A stretch of DNA of 64,000 nt from positions 225,613 to 289,612 of the forward strand of contig CALMUP010000008.1 in NCBI GenBank assembly GCA_937872895.1, in the 5' to 3' direction. The notes beneath the pieces were generated by a model. It was not told where the DNA came from, made no database searches, and was given only the letters and a program-made list of their open reading frames with translations. Positions 48,602 through 60,308 of this stretch are shown here, in pieces. A program made the position numbers and the translations under genes. Every line of letters begins with the position of its first letter. Within the stretch, counting starts at the first letter, position 1. Source of the stretch: an uncultured Verrucomicrobiota bacterium (lineage in GTDB: Bacteria > Verrucomicrobiota > Kiritimatiellia > CAIVKH01).

Positions 48602-49738
48602 TCAGCCATTTCGGCGGTGAAGTGCCTGGCCGATGCGTTGGCCAATATCGCGGTAGGTTTTCTGGGTCAATACATCCTGGCCGCAGTATCCGTACGGAAT
48701 GTGCAGGCGGAGGGCAGGGACATTGAATTCGTCGCGCATCACCGCAGCAAACGAACCGGCCGGATCATGTCGTCCCGGATCGGTTTCGGTGCGTTTGAAG
48801 TCAGCGGCCGCGAATGCTGGTGTCAGCTCCGTTTTGAACGTGTTACTCCACTTGGTTTCCTCGGCGGCGGTCGGGCTTGAGGCTTCACCGACGATGGCAT
48901 AGACGCCGTCGCGCTCCGCTGCACCGGTGGCGCGGAGGTCGAGGGCAAGAACCGGGCGACACCGTTGCCGCCAACGCTGGATGTCCAGCCGCAGAACTCG
49001 GGTTTCGTGGCGGCCGGCCGGATGTCGCCACGCGCGGTCCATATCGAGTGGAAAGCCACCGCGACCATCATGCCCCCACTGCACGCCATCCGGGTCAACA
49101 AACGGCACGACCCAGATGACGTAGCCACCCCGTCGGGCCTGGCTCCAGTAGCGCATCAGGCCGTCGAGCACCCAGGAGGCTGGTGTTTCTCCGGCATGTT
49201 GCCGGGCAAGAATCACCACTCCCGGATGATTGGATCCGGAAGTACCCAGGGTATTGGCCGCGCGCAGGATCGGGTGACCACTCTGACTGACGCCGATCGG
49301 CGCGACCTGCCAGTAGTCGCGGGTCCGTTCCTCGAGGTTCTTCCACTCGGCGAGTCCGTATGGAAAACAGAACGCGACTTCGGTGAACGGGGCCGGGTGG
49401 GGCAGGGTCCAGGACAAGTGGCGGCGACCATCAGCGGTGCGGGTCTCCTCGCCTTGTTTAAGCCTCGACCAGGTCGGGCCGGGACCCATGCTCACCGGCA
49501 CGCAGGCCGGGGCATCCGTCATCCCGGTCACGGTTTCCACGTGCTCCCAGATCAGGCGGATTTTCTGGTGCTTCGCCGGATCCGGTTGGGACTCCTCGAT
49601 GCGCAGATAAAACCAGAGCGCCTCCGTACCGCCGCACGGATCGGCGGAAAAGCGAACTTCCGGCGTATCGCCGTCGCTGGAAATCTTCACGGCGCAGGCA
49701 TTGCCGCCGGGAAACGAACTCACAACCTTCAAAGCCAT
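48602..49738 (-). CDS. M14 family zinc carboxypeptidase-like protein
   Basis: HAGETPASW (HxxE zinc ligands) within a carboxypeptidase-like fold. Start moved to the ATG (MALKVV), since the track start is TTG. Confidence 0.65.
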   Translation of the reverse strand: MALKVVSSFPGGNACAVKISSDGDTPEVRFSADPCGGTEALWFYLRIEESQPDPAKHQKIRLIWEHVETVTGMTDAPACVPVSMGPGPTWSRLKQGEETRTADGRRHLSWTLPHPAPFTEVAFCFPYGLAEWKNLEERTRDYWQVAPIGVSQSGHPILRAANTLGTSGSNHPGVVILARQHAGETPASWVLDGLMRYWSQARRGGYVIWVVPFVDPDGVQWGHDGRGGFPLDMDRAWRHPAGRHETRVLRLDIQRWRQRCRPVLALDLRATGAAERDGVYAIVGEASSPTAAEETKWSNTFKTELTPAFAAADFKRTETDPGRHDPAGSFAAVMRDEFNVPALRLHIPYGYCGQDVLTQKTYRDIGQRIGQALHRRNG

Positions 49739-50216
49739 AGATGCCAACCATATACAAAGACCAACGAGCCACAAGACATTTAACGAGTACGCGGGATGCC
49801 TTGCTATCAGGGATCCAGGGATTAAAGCAAAACTAGTCTTTTCCTGATTTGAAATGAAAAGAATGATGAGATAGTTGCATCATGAAGAGCGCACAAGAAG
49901 CCGATCCATACCGGGCCTATATCCGGTCGCTTGAGAAGGACAATACGGCATGGCGGGTCTTGAAGGGAGTAGCCCTGGTCCTGATGCTAGTGGTTGTAGC
50001 CATTGCCTGGCGCGAGCGACAAGGCGGCACGTTCTCCCGCGCCTCCTCATCGCCCGGTTCCATGACGTCCAACCTTGAGTTACTCCGCAAGTAAGGCAGC
50101 CTTCACGCCGTAAATGCAGGTTGCTAACCTGCTGCTCCTTCCGTTATATGTTTGAACTTGCGCGCGTTGCGTGAAGCATTCCGGTGGGTGCTGGCGGGCG
50201 TATTTTCGGATGGACT

Positions 50217-51272
50217 ATGGCAAGCGTACAGAGCGGAACAGTGACGGAAAACACCCGGGTGGTTGAACTGAAGCGGTTGGTGACCCCGGCTCACATCAAA
50301 GCGGATATCCCAGTGGAGCCGGCCGTTTTTGACCACGTACGCCGCGGTCGCGAGACCATATCCCGCATCGTGCACGGCCAGGATCCCCGGTTCATGGCCA
50401 TCGTTGGACCTTGTTCCATCCATGATCCCGAAGGCGCCTTGGACTATGCGCGCCGCCTGGTGGCGTTGCGCGATCAGCTTTCGCCCTCCCTGTTCATCGT
50501 CATGCGGGTCTATTTCGAGAAGCCACGCACCACGGTGGGCTGGAAGGGCTTGATCAACGATCCGCATCTCGACGATTCGTGCGATCTGGAAGCCGGCTTG
50601 CACAAAGCCCGGCGGTTGCTGGTGGAAATCAACCGGCTGGGACTTCCAGCCGCCACGGAGTTCCTCGATCCGATCATGCCGCAGTACATCGCCGACCTGG
50701 TGAGCTGGGCCGCTATCGGGGCGCGCACCACCGAGTCGCAGACCCACCGCGAAATGGCAAGCGGGTTGTCGATGCCGGTCGGATTCAAGAACGGTACCGA
50801 CGGGCGGATCCAGACGGCGATCGATGCCTTGCAGGCGGCGAGCCGTTCACATAGTTTTCTCGGCATCGATCCGCAGGGTTGCACCAGCGTGGTCAAAACT
50901 TCCGGCAATCCGGATTGCCACCTTGTCCTGCGAGGCGGACTCCAGGGACCCAATTACCAAGCCGCCCAGATTGGTGAAGCGATCGCCCTGTCCACCAAGG
51001 CCGGTGTGAATGCCTCGTTGGTGGTCGATTGCAGCCATGCCAACTCGCTGAAGAACCCGTCCCGCCAGGTCGATGTATGGAAGGATGTTGTTCAACAACG
51101 GGTCAGCGGAGGCAGCAGCATCATCGGCGCGATGATTGAAAGTTACCTCAAGGCGGGCAGCCAACCGCTTCATGATCCAAAACAACTCGCGTACGGCGTA
51201 TCCATAACCGATGCCTGCCTCTCGTGGGAAGATACCGAGTCGCTGTTGAAAGGTTTTCCTGATCTCGCATGA
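50217..51272 (+). CDS. aroG: 3-deoxy-7-phosphoheptulonate (DAHP) synthase, class I
   Basis: [22 protein letters not shown]...[15 protein letters not shown]...[14 protein letters not shown], canonical AroG/F/H. Confidence 0.9.
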   Translation: MASVQSGTVTENTRVVELKRLVTPAHIKADIPVEPAVFDHVRRGRETISRIVHGQDPRFMAIVGPCSIHDPEGALDYARRLVALRDQLSPSLFIVMRVYFEKPRTTVGWKGLINDPHLDDSCDLEAGLHKARRLLVEINRLGLPAATEFLDPIMPQYIADLVSWAAIGARTTESQTHREMASGLSMPVGFKNGTDGRIQTAIDALQAASRSHSFLGIDPQGCTSVVKTSGNPDCHLVLRGGLQGPNYQAAQIGEAIALSTKAGVNASLVVDCSHANSLKNPSRQVDVWKDVVQQRVSGGSSIIGAMIESYLKAGSQPLHDPKQLAYGVSITDACLSWEDTESLLKGFPDLA

Positions 51273-52177
51273 ACGACGTCATCGCCACGGCCGCCGCGCT
51301 CCAGCGCAACGATCCGTGCCCGTGCGGTAGCGGGCTCAAATACAAGAAGTGTTGTATGGACAAGCAGGGCACTGACAAGGATTTTGCCGCCGTCTATTAC
51401 CGCCGGCACGGCATCCGCCTGAAGACCGCTGCGGATGTCGAGGGGATCCGCCGTTCCGGCCGCCTGGTACTTGAATTGCTGGAGATCGCGTCCGGCCTGG
51501 TCAAGCCTGGTGCGGTAACCGGTGACATTGATCGGATCCTGGCCGAGCACACCCGCCAGCGCGGGGCCATCAGTGCCCCGATGGGGTACCGGGGGTACCC
51601 GAAGAACACCTGCATCTCCATTAACGAAGTGATCTGCCACGGTATTCCTGGCGAACGCATCCTTCTGGAGGGTGACATCGTGAATGTGGATGTCACGACG
51701 ATCCTCGACGGCTTTTATGCCGATGCCAGCAAGACCTTCGCGGTGGGGCAGGTTGCTCCCGAGGCGGCGCGCCTGATCCAGGTCACCCGCGAATGCCTGC
51801 GGCGGGGCATGAAGGCGGTGAAGCCCGGCAACACCCTCGGCGACATCGGCCATGCCATCCAATCCTATGCCGAAGGGGAGAAGTGTTCAGTTGTGCGTGA
51901 TTTCGTGGGGCACGGCATTGGATTCGATTTCCACGAACCGCCCCAGATCATGCACACCGGAAGGCGCGGGCATGGCCTGACCCTTGTTCCGGGCATGGTA
52001 TTCACCATCGAGCCGATGATCAATCTCGGCCGGGCCGACTCACGGGTGTTGCGCGATGGATGGACCGCCGTAACCGCCGATGGATCCCTCAGCGCCCAGT
52101 TCGAACAGACACTGCTGGTCACACCCGATGGTTGTGAGAGCCTGACGCCCTACGAACCCGACTATTTCCTGACGTGA
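51269..52177 (+). CDS. map: Methionine aminopeptidase, type I, with an N-terminal SEC-C-type zinc-binding motif
   Basis: N-terminal [16 protein letters not shown], then the MetAP pita-bread fold ([13 protein letters not shown]...DFVGHGIG...VFTIEPM). The ATG overlaps the aroG stop. Confidence 0.9.
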   Translation: MNDVIATAAALQRNDPCPCGSGLKYKKCCMDKQGTDKDFAAVYYRRHGIRLKTAADVEGIRRSGRLVLELLEIASGLVKPGAVTGDIDRILAEHTRQRGAISAPMGYRGYPKNTCISINEVICHGIPGERILLEGDIVNVDVTTILDGFYADASKTFAVGQVAPEAARLIQVTRECLRRGMKAVKPGNTLGDIGHAIQSYAEGEKCSVVRDFVGHGIGFDFHEPPQIMHTGRRGHGLTLVPGMVFTIEPMINLGRADSRVLRDGWTAVTADGSLSAQFEQTLLVTPDGCESLTPYEPDYFLT

Positions 52178-52206
52178 ACCACCACCGCGAGCACCAGAGG
52201 ACACCC

Positions 52207-52698
52207 ATGAAACACCGCATCATCCTGATCACCGTATTGCTTGTTGCCGCGACCGCCATCCGCGCCGATGAAGAGGGATCAGAACGGAAGGAATTGGCCG
52301 TGACCGTTCTTGACGCCATGAACTTCTGCGACATGATCGACCAGACCCTCGACCAGATGAAAGAGGCACAACAGAAAAACCTGAGCATGCGCGGTATGAC
52401 CAGCTCCAGCGTTGATCTCGATCGGACCTTCACGATCATTCGCGAAAACATGCCTTGCGATGACATGAAACAGGAAATGGCCGCCATTTATGCGCAAGTG
52501 TTCACGACGACGGAACTGCGGGGTATCCGGGATTTCTTCACATCGGAAGTCGGTCAAACCTTCAACAGCAAGCAGCCGGAGTTGATGCGCCGCAGTATGG
52601 AAGTCAGCATGAAGCGGGTCAATGCAGCCATGATGAAGGCGATGGAGGAAATGCGTCGCGAACGCTCTGGAACGGGTTCCGGTAGCGGCACCCCCTGA
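52207..52698 (+). CDS. Periplasmic DUF2059-like protein
   Basis: Signal peptide (MKHRIILITVLLVAATAIRA) followed by a helical, Met-rich domain. The family call is tentative. Confidence 0.5.
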   Translation: MKHRIILITVLLVAATAIRADEEGSERKELAVTVLDAMNFCDMIDQTLDQMKEAQQKNLSMRGMTSSSVDLDRTFTIIRENMPCDDMKQEMAAIYAQVFTTTELRGIRDFFTSEVGQTFNSKQPELMRRSMEVSMKRVNAAMMKAMEEMRRERSGTGSGSGTP

Positions 52699-52710
52699 GT
52701 GTTTACGCAC

Positions 52711-53091
52711 TCATGTCTTGGCTACGCAATCGCGGCAGCGTCCGTACAGGAAAATTTCGTGGGTCTCCACCTTGAACCCATCCGGGGCCAATGCACTCAG
52801 TGAACCCGGACAGCCTTCCATCTCGTAGGCCTTGTGGCAGGTTCGGCAGATGAAATGATGGTGGTGCGTCTTGCCGGCCATCTCGTAGCGGTCAGGTTCG
52901 CCGGGAACCGGAACGGGCAACAACAAGCCACTCTCCACAAACGATTTGATGTTCCGGTAAACCGTGGCGATGCCCAGGTCAGGAATGCGCTGCTTGGTCA
53001 GATCAAGCACCTCGTTCGGTGTCAGTGGTCCGGCGGACTCACGGAACGTTTCCAGAATACTCTCTCGCTGCCTTGTCTTTCGTTCGATCAT
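52711..53091 (-). CDS. zur: Fur family transcriptional regulator (probably the zinc uptake regulator Zur, given its neighbours)
   Basis: MIERKTRQRESILETFRESAGPLTPNEV...HHHHFICRTCHKAYEME...GRCRDC are Fur-family DNA-binding and metal-site motifs. Divergent from a COG0523/L33/L31B cluster. Confidence 0.85.
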   Translation of the reverse strand: MIERKTRQRESILETFRESAGPLTPNEVLDLTKQRIPDLGIATVYRNIKSFVESGLLLPVPVPGEPDRYEMAGKTHHHHFICRTCHKAYEMEGCPGSLSALAPDGFKVETHEIFLYGRCRDCVAKT

Positions 53092-53124
53092 GAAATGCCC
53101 TTGACAATAAACGATAATGATATA

Positions 53125-53155
53125 TCAATAGCGATCGTTCATTCTTGTTGATGCG
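53125..53155. promoter_or_regulatory. Candidate Fur/Zur box in the zur-COG0523 divergent intergenic region (ACGATAATGATATATCAATAGCGATCGT, containing the perfect palindrome TGATATATCA)
   Basis: AT-rich dyad resembling GATAATGATAATCATTATC in an otherwise GC-rich genome, placed between the regulator and its likely regulon. Confidence 0.4.
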
Positions 53156-53214
53156 TATTATCAAAAGATTACTGAGGAAAGTCGATGGTGATTTTCCCGA
53201 AGGAGCAAGGTTTC

Positions 53215-54438
53215 ATGGCAGCGCAACAAGCGGTTCCCGTTACGGTATTATCCGGTTTTCTCGGAGCAGGGAAAACCACGTTGTTGAATCACGTCCTGTC
53301 CAATCGTCAGGGCCGCCGCGTGGCGGTAATCGTGAACGACATGAGCGAGGTGAATGTGGATGCCCGTCTGGTCCGTGACGGGGCCGCCGCGCTGAGCCGC
53401 GTTGACGAGAAGGTCGTGGAGATGACCAACGGGTGCATCTGCTGCACCTTGCGTGAGGACCTGCTGCGCGAAGTGACGCGCCTGGCGGGAGAGGGCCGGT
53501 TCGATACCATCCTGATCGAATCTACCGGGATCGCCGAGCCGATGCCGGTGGCCGAGACCTTCTCTTTTGCCGATGAACAGGGACGTCGCCTGCACGACGT
53601 GGCCCGCCTCGATACCCTGGTCACGGTTGTGGATGCCAGCTCGTTCCCGGTGGATCTGCTGACCCAGGAAACCTTGAACGATCGCAACCTGGGCATGGAT
53701 GAACAGGATGACCGGCCGATCTCGATGTTGCTGATGGATCAGGTGGAATTTGCAAACGTGCTGGTCCTGAACAAGGCCGATCTGGTCAGCGAGGAGGAAC
53801 TTGCCCAGGTCGAGCGTTTCCTTGCCCGGGTGAATCCGGATGCCCGGGTGGTGCGCAGCGTGCGTGGTCAGGTGGATTTGTCCCTGGTGTTCGATACCGG
53901 CCTGTTCGACCTCGACAAGGCGATGGGTTCGCCGCTATGGGAGCCGGAGCCGCGGTTTGAGCGTCAACCGGAAACCGAGGAATACGGCATCCGCTCGTTT
54001 GTGTACCGCGCCCGCCGACCGTTCCATCCGCAACGTTTCATGCAATTCCTGCAGGATCGCGGATTTCGCAACGTGCTTCGCTCCAAGGGAGTGATCTGGC
54101 TGGCCAGCCGCGGCGAGATGGCCGGGGTCTGGCAGATGGCCGGCAACAACTGCCAGCTCGATCCGGGTGGCCTCTGGTATGCCGTGCTGCCGAAATCCGA
54201 GTGGCCGGAGGAGCCGGAGGATCTCCAGCGGCTGATGGATTCATGGCAGGAGGGTGTCGGTGACCGGCGGCAGGAGCTGGTGGTCATCGGCATCGGCATC
54301 GATGTCGAGGCGATCACGGCCGGACTGAATGCCTGCCTCTTGTCCGATGCGGAAATGCGGGCCGGCGATGCCGTATGGGCGAAATACCAGGATCCCTTTC
54401 CGGCCTGGCCCATGATCGAATCGATTCGAGGAGCCTGA
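53215..54438 (+). CDS. COG0523 family GTPase (CobW/YeiR/ZigA-type zinc metallochaperone)
   Basis: [23 protein letters not shown]-loop, [12 protein letters not shown] CxCC metal motif and a C-terminal CobW_C domain. Start at the ATG after AAGGAGC. Confidence 0.85.
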   Translation: MAAQQAVPVTVLSGFLGAGKTTLLNHVLSNRQGRRVAVIVNDMSEVNVDARLVRDGAAALSRVDEKVVEMTNGCICCTLREDLLREVTRLAGEGRFDTILIESTGIAEPMPVAETFSFADEQGRRLHDVARLDTLVTVVDASSFPVDLLTQETLNDRNLGMDEQDDRPISMLLMDQVEFANVLVLNKADLVSEEELAQVERFLARVNPDARVVRSVRGQVDLSLVFDTGLFDLDKAMGSPLWEPEPRFERQPETEEYGIRSFVYRARRPFHPQRFMQFLQDRGFRNVLRSKGVIWLASRGEMAGVWQMAGNNCQLDPGGLWYAVLPKSEWPEEPEDLQRLMDSWQEGVGDRRQELVVIGIGIDVEAITAGLNACLLSDAEMRAGDAVWAKYQDPFPAWPMIESIRGA

Positions 54439-54440
54439 CC

Positions 54441-54596
54441 ATGCGTGAACAAGTGAAACTGACCTCCACTGCGGGAACCGGACATTTCTACGTGACCACC
54501 CGCAACAAGAAACTCGGAACCGGCAAGCTGGAGTTCCGCAAATACGATCCGGTGGTGCGCAAGCACGTGGTGTACAAGGAAGGCAAGCTGAACTAG
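54441..54596 (+). CDS. rpmG: 50S ribosomal protein L33, Cys-less (zinc-independent C-minus paralog)
   Basis: [51 protein letters not shown] is L33 without the CxxC pairs. The ATG is 3 bp after the COG0523 stop. Confidence 0.85.
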   Translation: MREQVKLTSTAGTGHFYVTTRNKKLGTGKLEFRKYDPVVRKHVVYKEGKLN

Positions 54597-54659
54597 GTTC
54601 CGGCTTGCGCGCTTGCCCGTTGGATCACCCGTGCTACACTGGCTGCGGAGAAATTCGTC

Positions 54660-54890
54660 ATGCCCGTGTATGTTTACGAAACCATCGATGACGGTCCGCG
54701 CACCGTGTTCGAGCGGTACCAGAGTATCCGCGAGGACGCCTTTACCCGCGATCCGGAGACCGGTCGCCCGGTGCGCCGGGTGATTTCAGGCGGGATCGAG
54801 ATGCCACGCGGCAAGGCCGACCCGGTGCGCACGCCGTCCGTCCGCCATTCCGACTCCTGCACCTGCTGCAATCCGCGGCCGCGCGCCTGA
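54660..54890 (+). CDS. Small hypothetical protein whose N-terminus resembles FmdB-family zinc-ribbon proteins but lacks the first CxxC pair
   Basis: MPVYVYETIDDGPRTVFERYQSI against the FmdB consensus MPxYxYxCxxCG. Lies inside the putative Zur cluster. Tentative. Confidence 0.4.
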   Translation: MPVYVYETIDDGPRTVFERYQSIREDAFTRDPETGRPVRRVISGGIEMPRGKADPVRTPSVRHSDSCTCCNPRPRA

Positions 54891-54970
54891 TGCATTCCCG
54901 GATTTACCTGCAAAAAAAAGCGCGGAGGGAAACCCTCCGCGCTTGAACCGTCGTGATGGACGGAAATCGG

Positions 54971-55210
54971 TTACTTCTTGTAACGCTTGTTGAACTTGTC
55001 GATGCGGCCCGCGGTGTCGAGCATCATCTTCTGGCCGGTATAGGCCGGATGCGAGGCACCCGAGGTCGAGCAGTGAACAATGTGGTATTCGATTCCGTTG
55101 ATCGTTTCCTTCTCTTTCGAAGAGAGGGTCGAACGGGTCAACAGGCGACTGCCGGTCGGGGCGTCGATGAAACACACAGGATTCAGTTTGGGATGGATAT
55201 CGGCTTTCAT
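54971..55210 (-). CDS. rpmE2: 50S ribosomal protein L31 type B (zinc-independent paralog)
   Basis: MKADIHPKLNPVCFIDAPTG...HPAYTGQ...RIDKFNKRYKK is L31 without the CxxC zinc ribbon. Convergent with the Zur cluster. Confidence 0.85.
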   Translation of the reverse strand: MKADIHPKLNPVCFIDAPTGSRLLTRSTLSSKEKETINGIEYHIVHCSTSGASHPAYTGQKMMLDTAGRIDKFNKRYKK

Positions 55211-55366
55211 CTTGATCTCCGGCGCACGTGATTGGGCGTACGCTCTTGGTTAAGGGCGGGTAACCTACCATGATCCGTTTCCATGTAAAGAAAAAATACC
55301 AACGTGGCGGATCGTCGTAACCGGGCGGTCACCGGGTGCGAAATATAAGGAAAAGGAGATTGTTGT

Positions 55367-55762
55367 ATGCACCCATCCATCCGTATTGTTTCGCGGTTCC
55401 TGCGCCTGGCTGTGGCGGTCATCCTGCTGCAAACCCTGTTCTTCAAGTTCACCGGGGCGCCCGAGTCGGTGCACATTTTTGAAACCCTTGGCCTGGAGCC
55501 GTATGGGCGGATCGGATCGGGGGTGGCCGAGTTGATCGCCGCCGTCTTGCTGCTTTGGCCGGGGCGGGTGGTCTGGGGTGCCGGTTTGGCCCTGGTGGTG
55601 ATCACCGGGGCGATCGGCTCCCACCTCACCGGACTTGGAATTGAGGTGCAGGGGGATGGCGGGTTGTTGTTCGGGTTGGCGGTCTTCGTGTGGCTTGCTT
55701 CGGCGGTACTTCTCGTATTGCACCGGGCGGAACTTCCGTTTATACCACGACGCAACCCATGA
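55367..55762 (+). CDS. DoxX family membrane protein
   Basis: Four hydrophobic helices in 131 aa with DoxX-like spacing. Confidence 0.65.
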   Translation: MHPSIRIVSRFLRLAVAVILLQTLFFKFTGAPESVHIFETLGLEPYGRIGSGVAELIAAVLLLWPGRVVWGAGLALVVITGAIGSHLTGLGIEVQGDGGLLFGLAVFVWLASAVLLVLHRAELPFIPRRNP

Positions 55763-56553
55763 AGGTTTACCTCGAACTGCTCCGGCATATCCTCGACCAC
55801 GGCGTGACCAAGACCGACCGGACCGGGGTGGGAACGCGCAGCGTGTTCGGATACCAGATGCGGTTCGACCTTGCGGCCGGTTTCCCGGCGGTGACCACGA
55901 AGAAACTTCACTTCCGCTCGATCATCCACGAATTGCTGTGGTTCCTGAAGGGCGAGACGAACATCCGCTACCTGAAGGAGAACGGGGTAACGATCTGGGA
56001 TGAATGGGCCGATGCCGAGGGCAATCTGGGACCGGTCTATGGGGCGCAATGGCGTTCCTGGCCGGCGGCCGATGGTCGGACCATCGACCAGATCAGCCAG
56101 GTCGTGGACCAGATCCGCCGCCAGCCGGATTCGCGCCGACTGATCGTTAATGCCTGGAACGTCGGCGAACTCGACAGGATGGCCCTGGCCCCGTGCCATT
56201 GCCTGTTCCAGTTTTACGTGGCCGAGGGCCGCCTGTCGTGCCAGTTGTACCAACGCAGCGCCGATGTCTTCCTCGGGGTGCCGTTCAATATCGCGTCCTA
56301 TGCCCTTCTGACCATGATGGTCGCGCAGGTAACCGGGTTAAAGCCTGGCTCGTTCATCCACACCCTTGGCGATGCGCACCTCTACCTGAACCACATCGAG
56401 CACGCGGAGCTGCAGTTGACCCGCACGCCGTATCCGCTGCCGACCATGCGCTTGAATCCGGCGGTTTCCGACCTGTTCGCCTACCGCTACGAGGATTTCA
56501 CCCTCGAACACTACCAATCCCACCCGGCGATCAAGGCGCCGATCGCGGTTTGA
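55759..56553 (+). CDS. thyA: Thymidylate synthase
   Basis: [38 protein letters not shown]...[12 protein letters not shown], canonical ThyA. Confidence 0.95.
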   Translation: MKVYLELLRHILDHGVTKTDRTGVGTRSVFGYQMRFDLAAGFPAVTTKKLHFRSIIHELLWFLKGETNIRYLKENGVTIWDEWADAEGNLGPVYGAQWRSWPAADGRTIDQISQVVDQIRRQPDSRRLIVNAWNVGELDRMALAPCHCLFQFYVAEGRLSCQLYQRSADVFLGVPFNIASYALLTMMVAQVTGLKPGSFIHTLGDAHLYLNHIEHAELQLTRTPYPLPTMRLNPAVSDLFAYRYEDFTLEHYQSHPAIKAPIAV

Positions 56554-56555
56554 CC

Positions 56556-57062
56556 ATGCTGGTATCGCTGATTGTCGCGCTGGACCGCAACGGCTTGATC
56601 GGCCGCGCGGACAGCTTGCCTTGGCGGCTGCCTGCCGACCTGGCTTATTTCAAGCGCATGACGATGGGCAAGCCGGTGGTCATGGGCCGCCGCACCTGTG
56701 ATTCGCTGCCCAAGGCGTTGCCGGGCCGTCGCAACCTCGTGTTCTCGCGCAATCCATCCTTCGCCCGGGAAGGGTTTGAAACCATTACCGACACCGCGTC
56801 CTTGTTCCGGTTGGTCGACGGGGCCGAGGAACTCGTGGTGATCGGCGGGGCGGAGCTCTACCGTCTGTTGCTGCCGCTGACCCGGCGCGCCTATGTCACG
56901 GTGGTCGAGGGGACGTTCACCGGCGACACCTGGTTTCCCGAATGGCCATTGCGTGGCTGGCGCGAGATCTCGGCTGAGGACCGGCCGCCGGATGCGGCGA
57001 ATCCGCAGGCGATGCGGTTCTCCGTGTGGGAAAGACTGGAAAAAAAACCGGTCGCGGGGTAA
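56556..57062 (+). CDS. folA: Dihydrofolate reductase
   Basis: MLVSLIVALDRNGLIGRADSLPWRLPADLAYFKRMTMGKPVVMGRRT, canonical DHFR, starting 3 bp after the thyA stop. Confidence 0.9.
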   Translation: MLVSLIVALDRNGLIGRADSLPWRLPADLAYFKRMTMGKPVVMGRRTCDSLPKALPGRRNLVFSRNPSFAREGFETITDTASLFRLVDGAEELVVIGGAELYRLLLPLTRRAYVTVVEGTFTGDTWFPEWPLRGWREISAEDRPPDAANPQAMRFSVWERLEKKPVAG

Positions 57063-57119
57063 ACATTCACACTCGGGCAAGTAACCGATTCACGCACGGC
57101 AACGTGCAAGGAGATACAC

Positions 57120-57446
57120 ATGAAGCATTGGACCATGATGGTGGCCCTGGTGGCCGCGTTGGTAGTGGCCGGTCAGGCCTATGCGGGCAGTTCCTGCTGC
57201 CCGATGAGTGCCAAGAAGAAATCGTCGGAGTCGTCCTGCCAGAAGTACCTGTCAGGCATTGAGTTGTCCGATGAGCAGAAGGAAAAGATCACGGCAATTG
57301 AGGACGCCTGCAAAGCCAAGGGCAGTACGCCGGAAGCCTGCGAGGACTCGATGGCCAAGATCCGCGACGTCCTGAACGATGACCAGCGCGCTGCGTTTGA
57401 CGCCGCCGCCGGCAAGTCGAGCAAGAAGGAAGGTTGCGGTTCCTGA
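57120..57446 (+). CDS. Secreted small protein with LTxxQ-like motifs (possible Spy/CpxP-family periplasmic chaperone)
   Basis: Signal peptide, then LSDEQKEKI and DDQRAAFD motifs and multiple Cys. Family tentative. Confidence 0.45.
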   Translation: MKHWTMMVALVAALVVAGQAYAGSSCCPMSAKKKSSESSCQKYLSGIELSDEQKEKITAIEDACKAKGSTPEACEDSMAKIRDVLNDDQRAAFDAAAGKSSKKEGCGS

Positions 57447-57468
57447 TCAGGATCCCGATCGTCCGCAG

Positions 57469-57502
57469 TAAAGCGTCCTCCCCCGGGAGGGCGCTTTTTT
57501 GT
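57469..57502 (+). terminator. Rho-independent terminator (AAAGCGTCCTCCCCCGGGAGGGCGCTTTTTTGT)
   Basis: GC-rich perfect stem followed by a T6 run, after the 57120-57446 ORF. Confidence 0.6.
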
Positions 57503-57521
57503 GCCCTCGTGCGGGGTAAGG

Positions 57522-57857
57522 TCAGCGTGGTGTACGGGCGGAGATCCCGGTACGCACGTTGAGCGGGGTGGGGTCATCCACGAATTTGAATACCGTCTCA
57601 CCCGGCTTGGCCAGGCCCAGTTCCTCGCGGGCGATTTTCTCCACGAAACGCCGATCGTTCAGCAGCCGCTCCTGCTTCATGCGGAGGTGGCGCAAGGCCT
57701 CCTCCTCGAGGCGGATTTCCTCCTCGATCTGACGCTGCTTATCGCTCATGTCGTTTACCTGCTTGAACTGGGGATAGAACCAGATGCCGAGCCAGAAAAG
57801 TGCGACGCCGATGACCAGCGCAAACGATAGCCGATAAATGAGAGCCCAAACTGACAT
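57522..57857 (-). CDS. ftsB: Cell division protein FtsB/DivIC (septum formation initiator family)
   Basis: From the internal ATG, one TM (LIYRLSFALVIGVALFWLGIWF) then a coiled coil (QRQIEEEIRLEEEALRHLRMKQERLLND...IAREELGLAKPGE). Located immediately downstream of eno, as in many bacteria. Confidence 0.75.
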   Translation of the reverse strand: MSVWALIYRLSFALVIGVALFWLGIWFYPQFKQVNDMSDKQRQIEEEIRLEEEALRHLRMKQERLLNDRRFVEKIAREELGLAKPGETVFKFVDDPTPLNVRTGISARTPR

Positions 57858-57930
57858 GCCGCCACGGTAAACAAAACGGCGGGGAATGGCAAAACCAAAC
57901 CCCGCCGTCGATGTTCGTCCAGGTTGCGGA

Positions 57931-59277
<1,347 letters not shown>

Positions 59278-59328
59278 TCACGAGGCTTTCCGATGGTGGT
59301 GTCCCGTGCGGCATGGTACAAGGGCCCC

Positions 59329-59949
59329 ATGCAACGACGCACCCGCATCGCTCTCTTCGGCGGCAGTTTCAATCCGGTCCATACCGGCCATCTGGTCATG
59401 GCTCAGGACGCGGCACGGGCCTTTTCCCTCGACCGGGTGGTGTTCGTGCCGGCCTTCCTGCCGCCGCACAAGCTGACCCAGACCATGGTGACGGCGGAGC
59501 AGCGGCTCGACATGGTGCGGCTGGCCCTGCCGCAGCAGCCCGGCTGGGAGGTGTCGGATGTCGAGATCCGGCGCGGGGGCGTCTCCTACACGATCGACAC
59601 CGTGCGCCATTTCCTCTCGGTGTATCCCGAGGCCGACCTGTATTTCATCATTGGCGGCGATACCTTGCCCGAGCTGCACACCTGGAAGGACATCGGCGCG
59701 CTGCTCGACCTTTGCCGGTTCATCACCATGGTGCGGCCCGGGTTTGATCCGGCCACGTTGCGGACCATGAACCTGCGCCTGCCCGTACCGCAGGTCGAGG
59801 CGTTGATCGACCGGGTCACCGTGGGCCATGTCATCGGCATCTCCTCGACCGACATTCGCATGCATGTTGCGAAAAACGAGCCCATCCGTTATCTTGTGCC
59901 CGACGCGGTGGAACGGTACATCCGCGAGAACCAACTCTACAGGAAATAG
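59329..59949 (+). CDS. nadD: Nicotinate-nucleotide adenylyltransferase
   Basis: MQRRTRIALFGGSFNPVHTGHL is the (H/T)xGH nucleotidyltransferase motif. Confidence 0.85.
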   Translation: MQRRTRIALFGGSFNPVHTGHLVMAQDAARAFSLDRVVFVPAFLPPHKLTQTMVTAEQRLDMVRLALPQQPGWEVSDVEIRRGGVSYTIDTVRHFLSVYPEADLYFIIGGDTLPELHTWKDIGALLDLCRFITMVRPGFDPATLRTMNLRLPVPQVEALIDRVTVGHVIGISSTDIRMHVAKNEPIRYLVPDAVERYIRENQLYRK

Positions 59950-59996
59950 GGGACGTCACCATCGACACGATTCAAACCATCAGACAGGCGCGGGCG

Positions 59997-60296
59997 GTGC
60001 TGGATGCCAAGAAGGGCGAGAACATCATCGCCCTCGATGTGCGCAAGCTCTCCGCGGTGACCGATTACCATGTCCTCTGCACCGGCAGCAACAGCCGCCA
60101 CCTCAAGGCGCTGGTCGACGATTGCGAGAATGTCCTCGGCGGCAGCGGGGCGAAGGCCTACCGCCGTTCCGGCACCCCGGAAAGCGGCTGGATCATCCTC
60201 GACTACGTTCATTTCGTCATCCACGTCTTCACCGAGCAGGCGCGCGAGCACTATGCCCTGGAAACCCTGTGGAAGGACGCCCCGCGGCTGAAGTAG
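59997..60296 (+). CDS. rsfS: Ribosomal silencing factor RsfS (Iojap family)
   Basis: LDAKKGENIIALDVRKLSAVTDYHVLCTGSNSRHLKALVDDC...VHFVIHVF. GTG start. In-frame upstream TIDTIQTIRQARAV also looks RsfS-like with no canonical start codon, so the true start is uncertain. Confidence 0.8.
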   Translation: MLDAKKGENIIALDVRKLSAVTDYHVLCTGSNSRHLKALVDDCENVLGGSGAKAYRRSGTPESGWIILDYVHFVIHVFTEQAREHYALETLWKDAPRLK

Positions 60297-60308
60297 GCCG
60301 GGAGCCCT

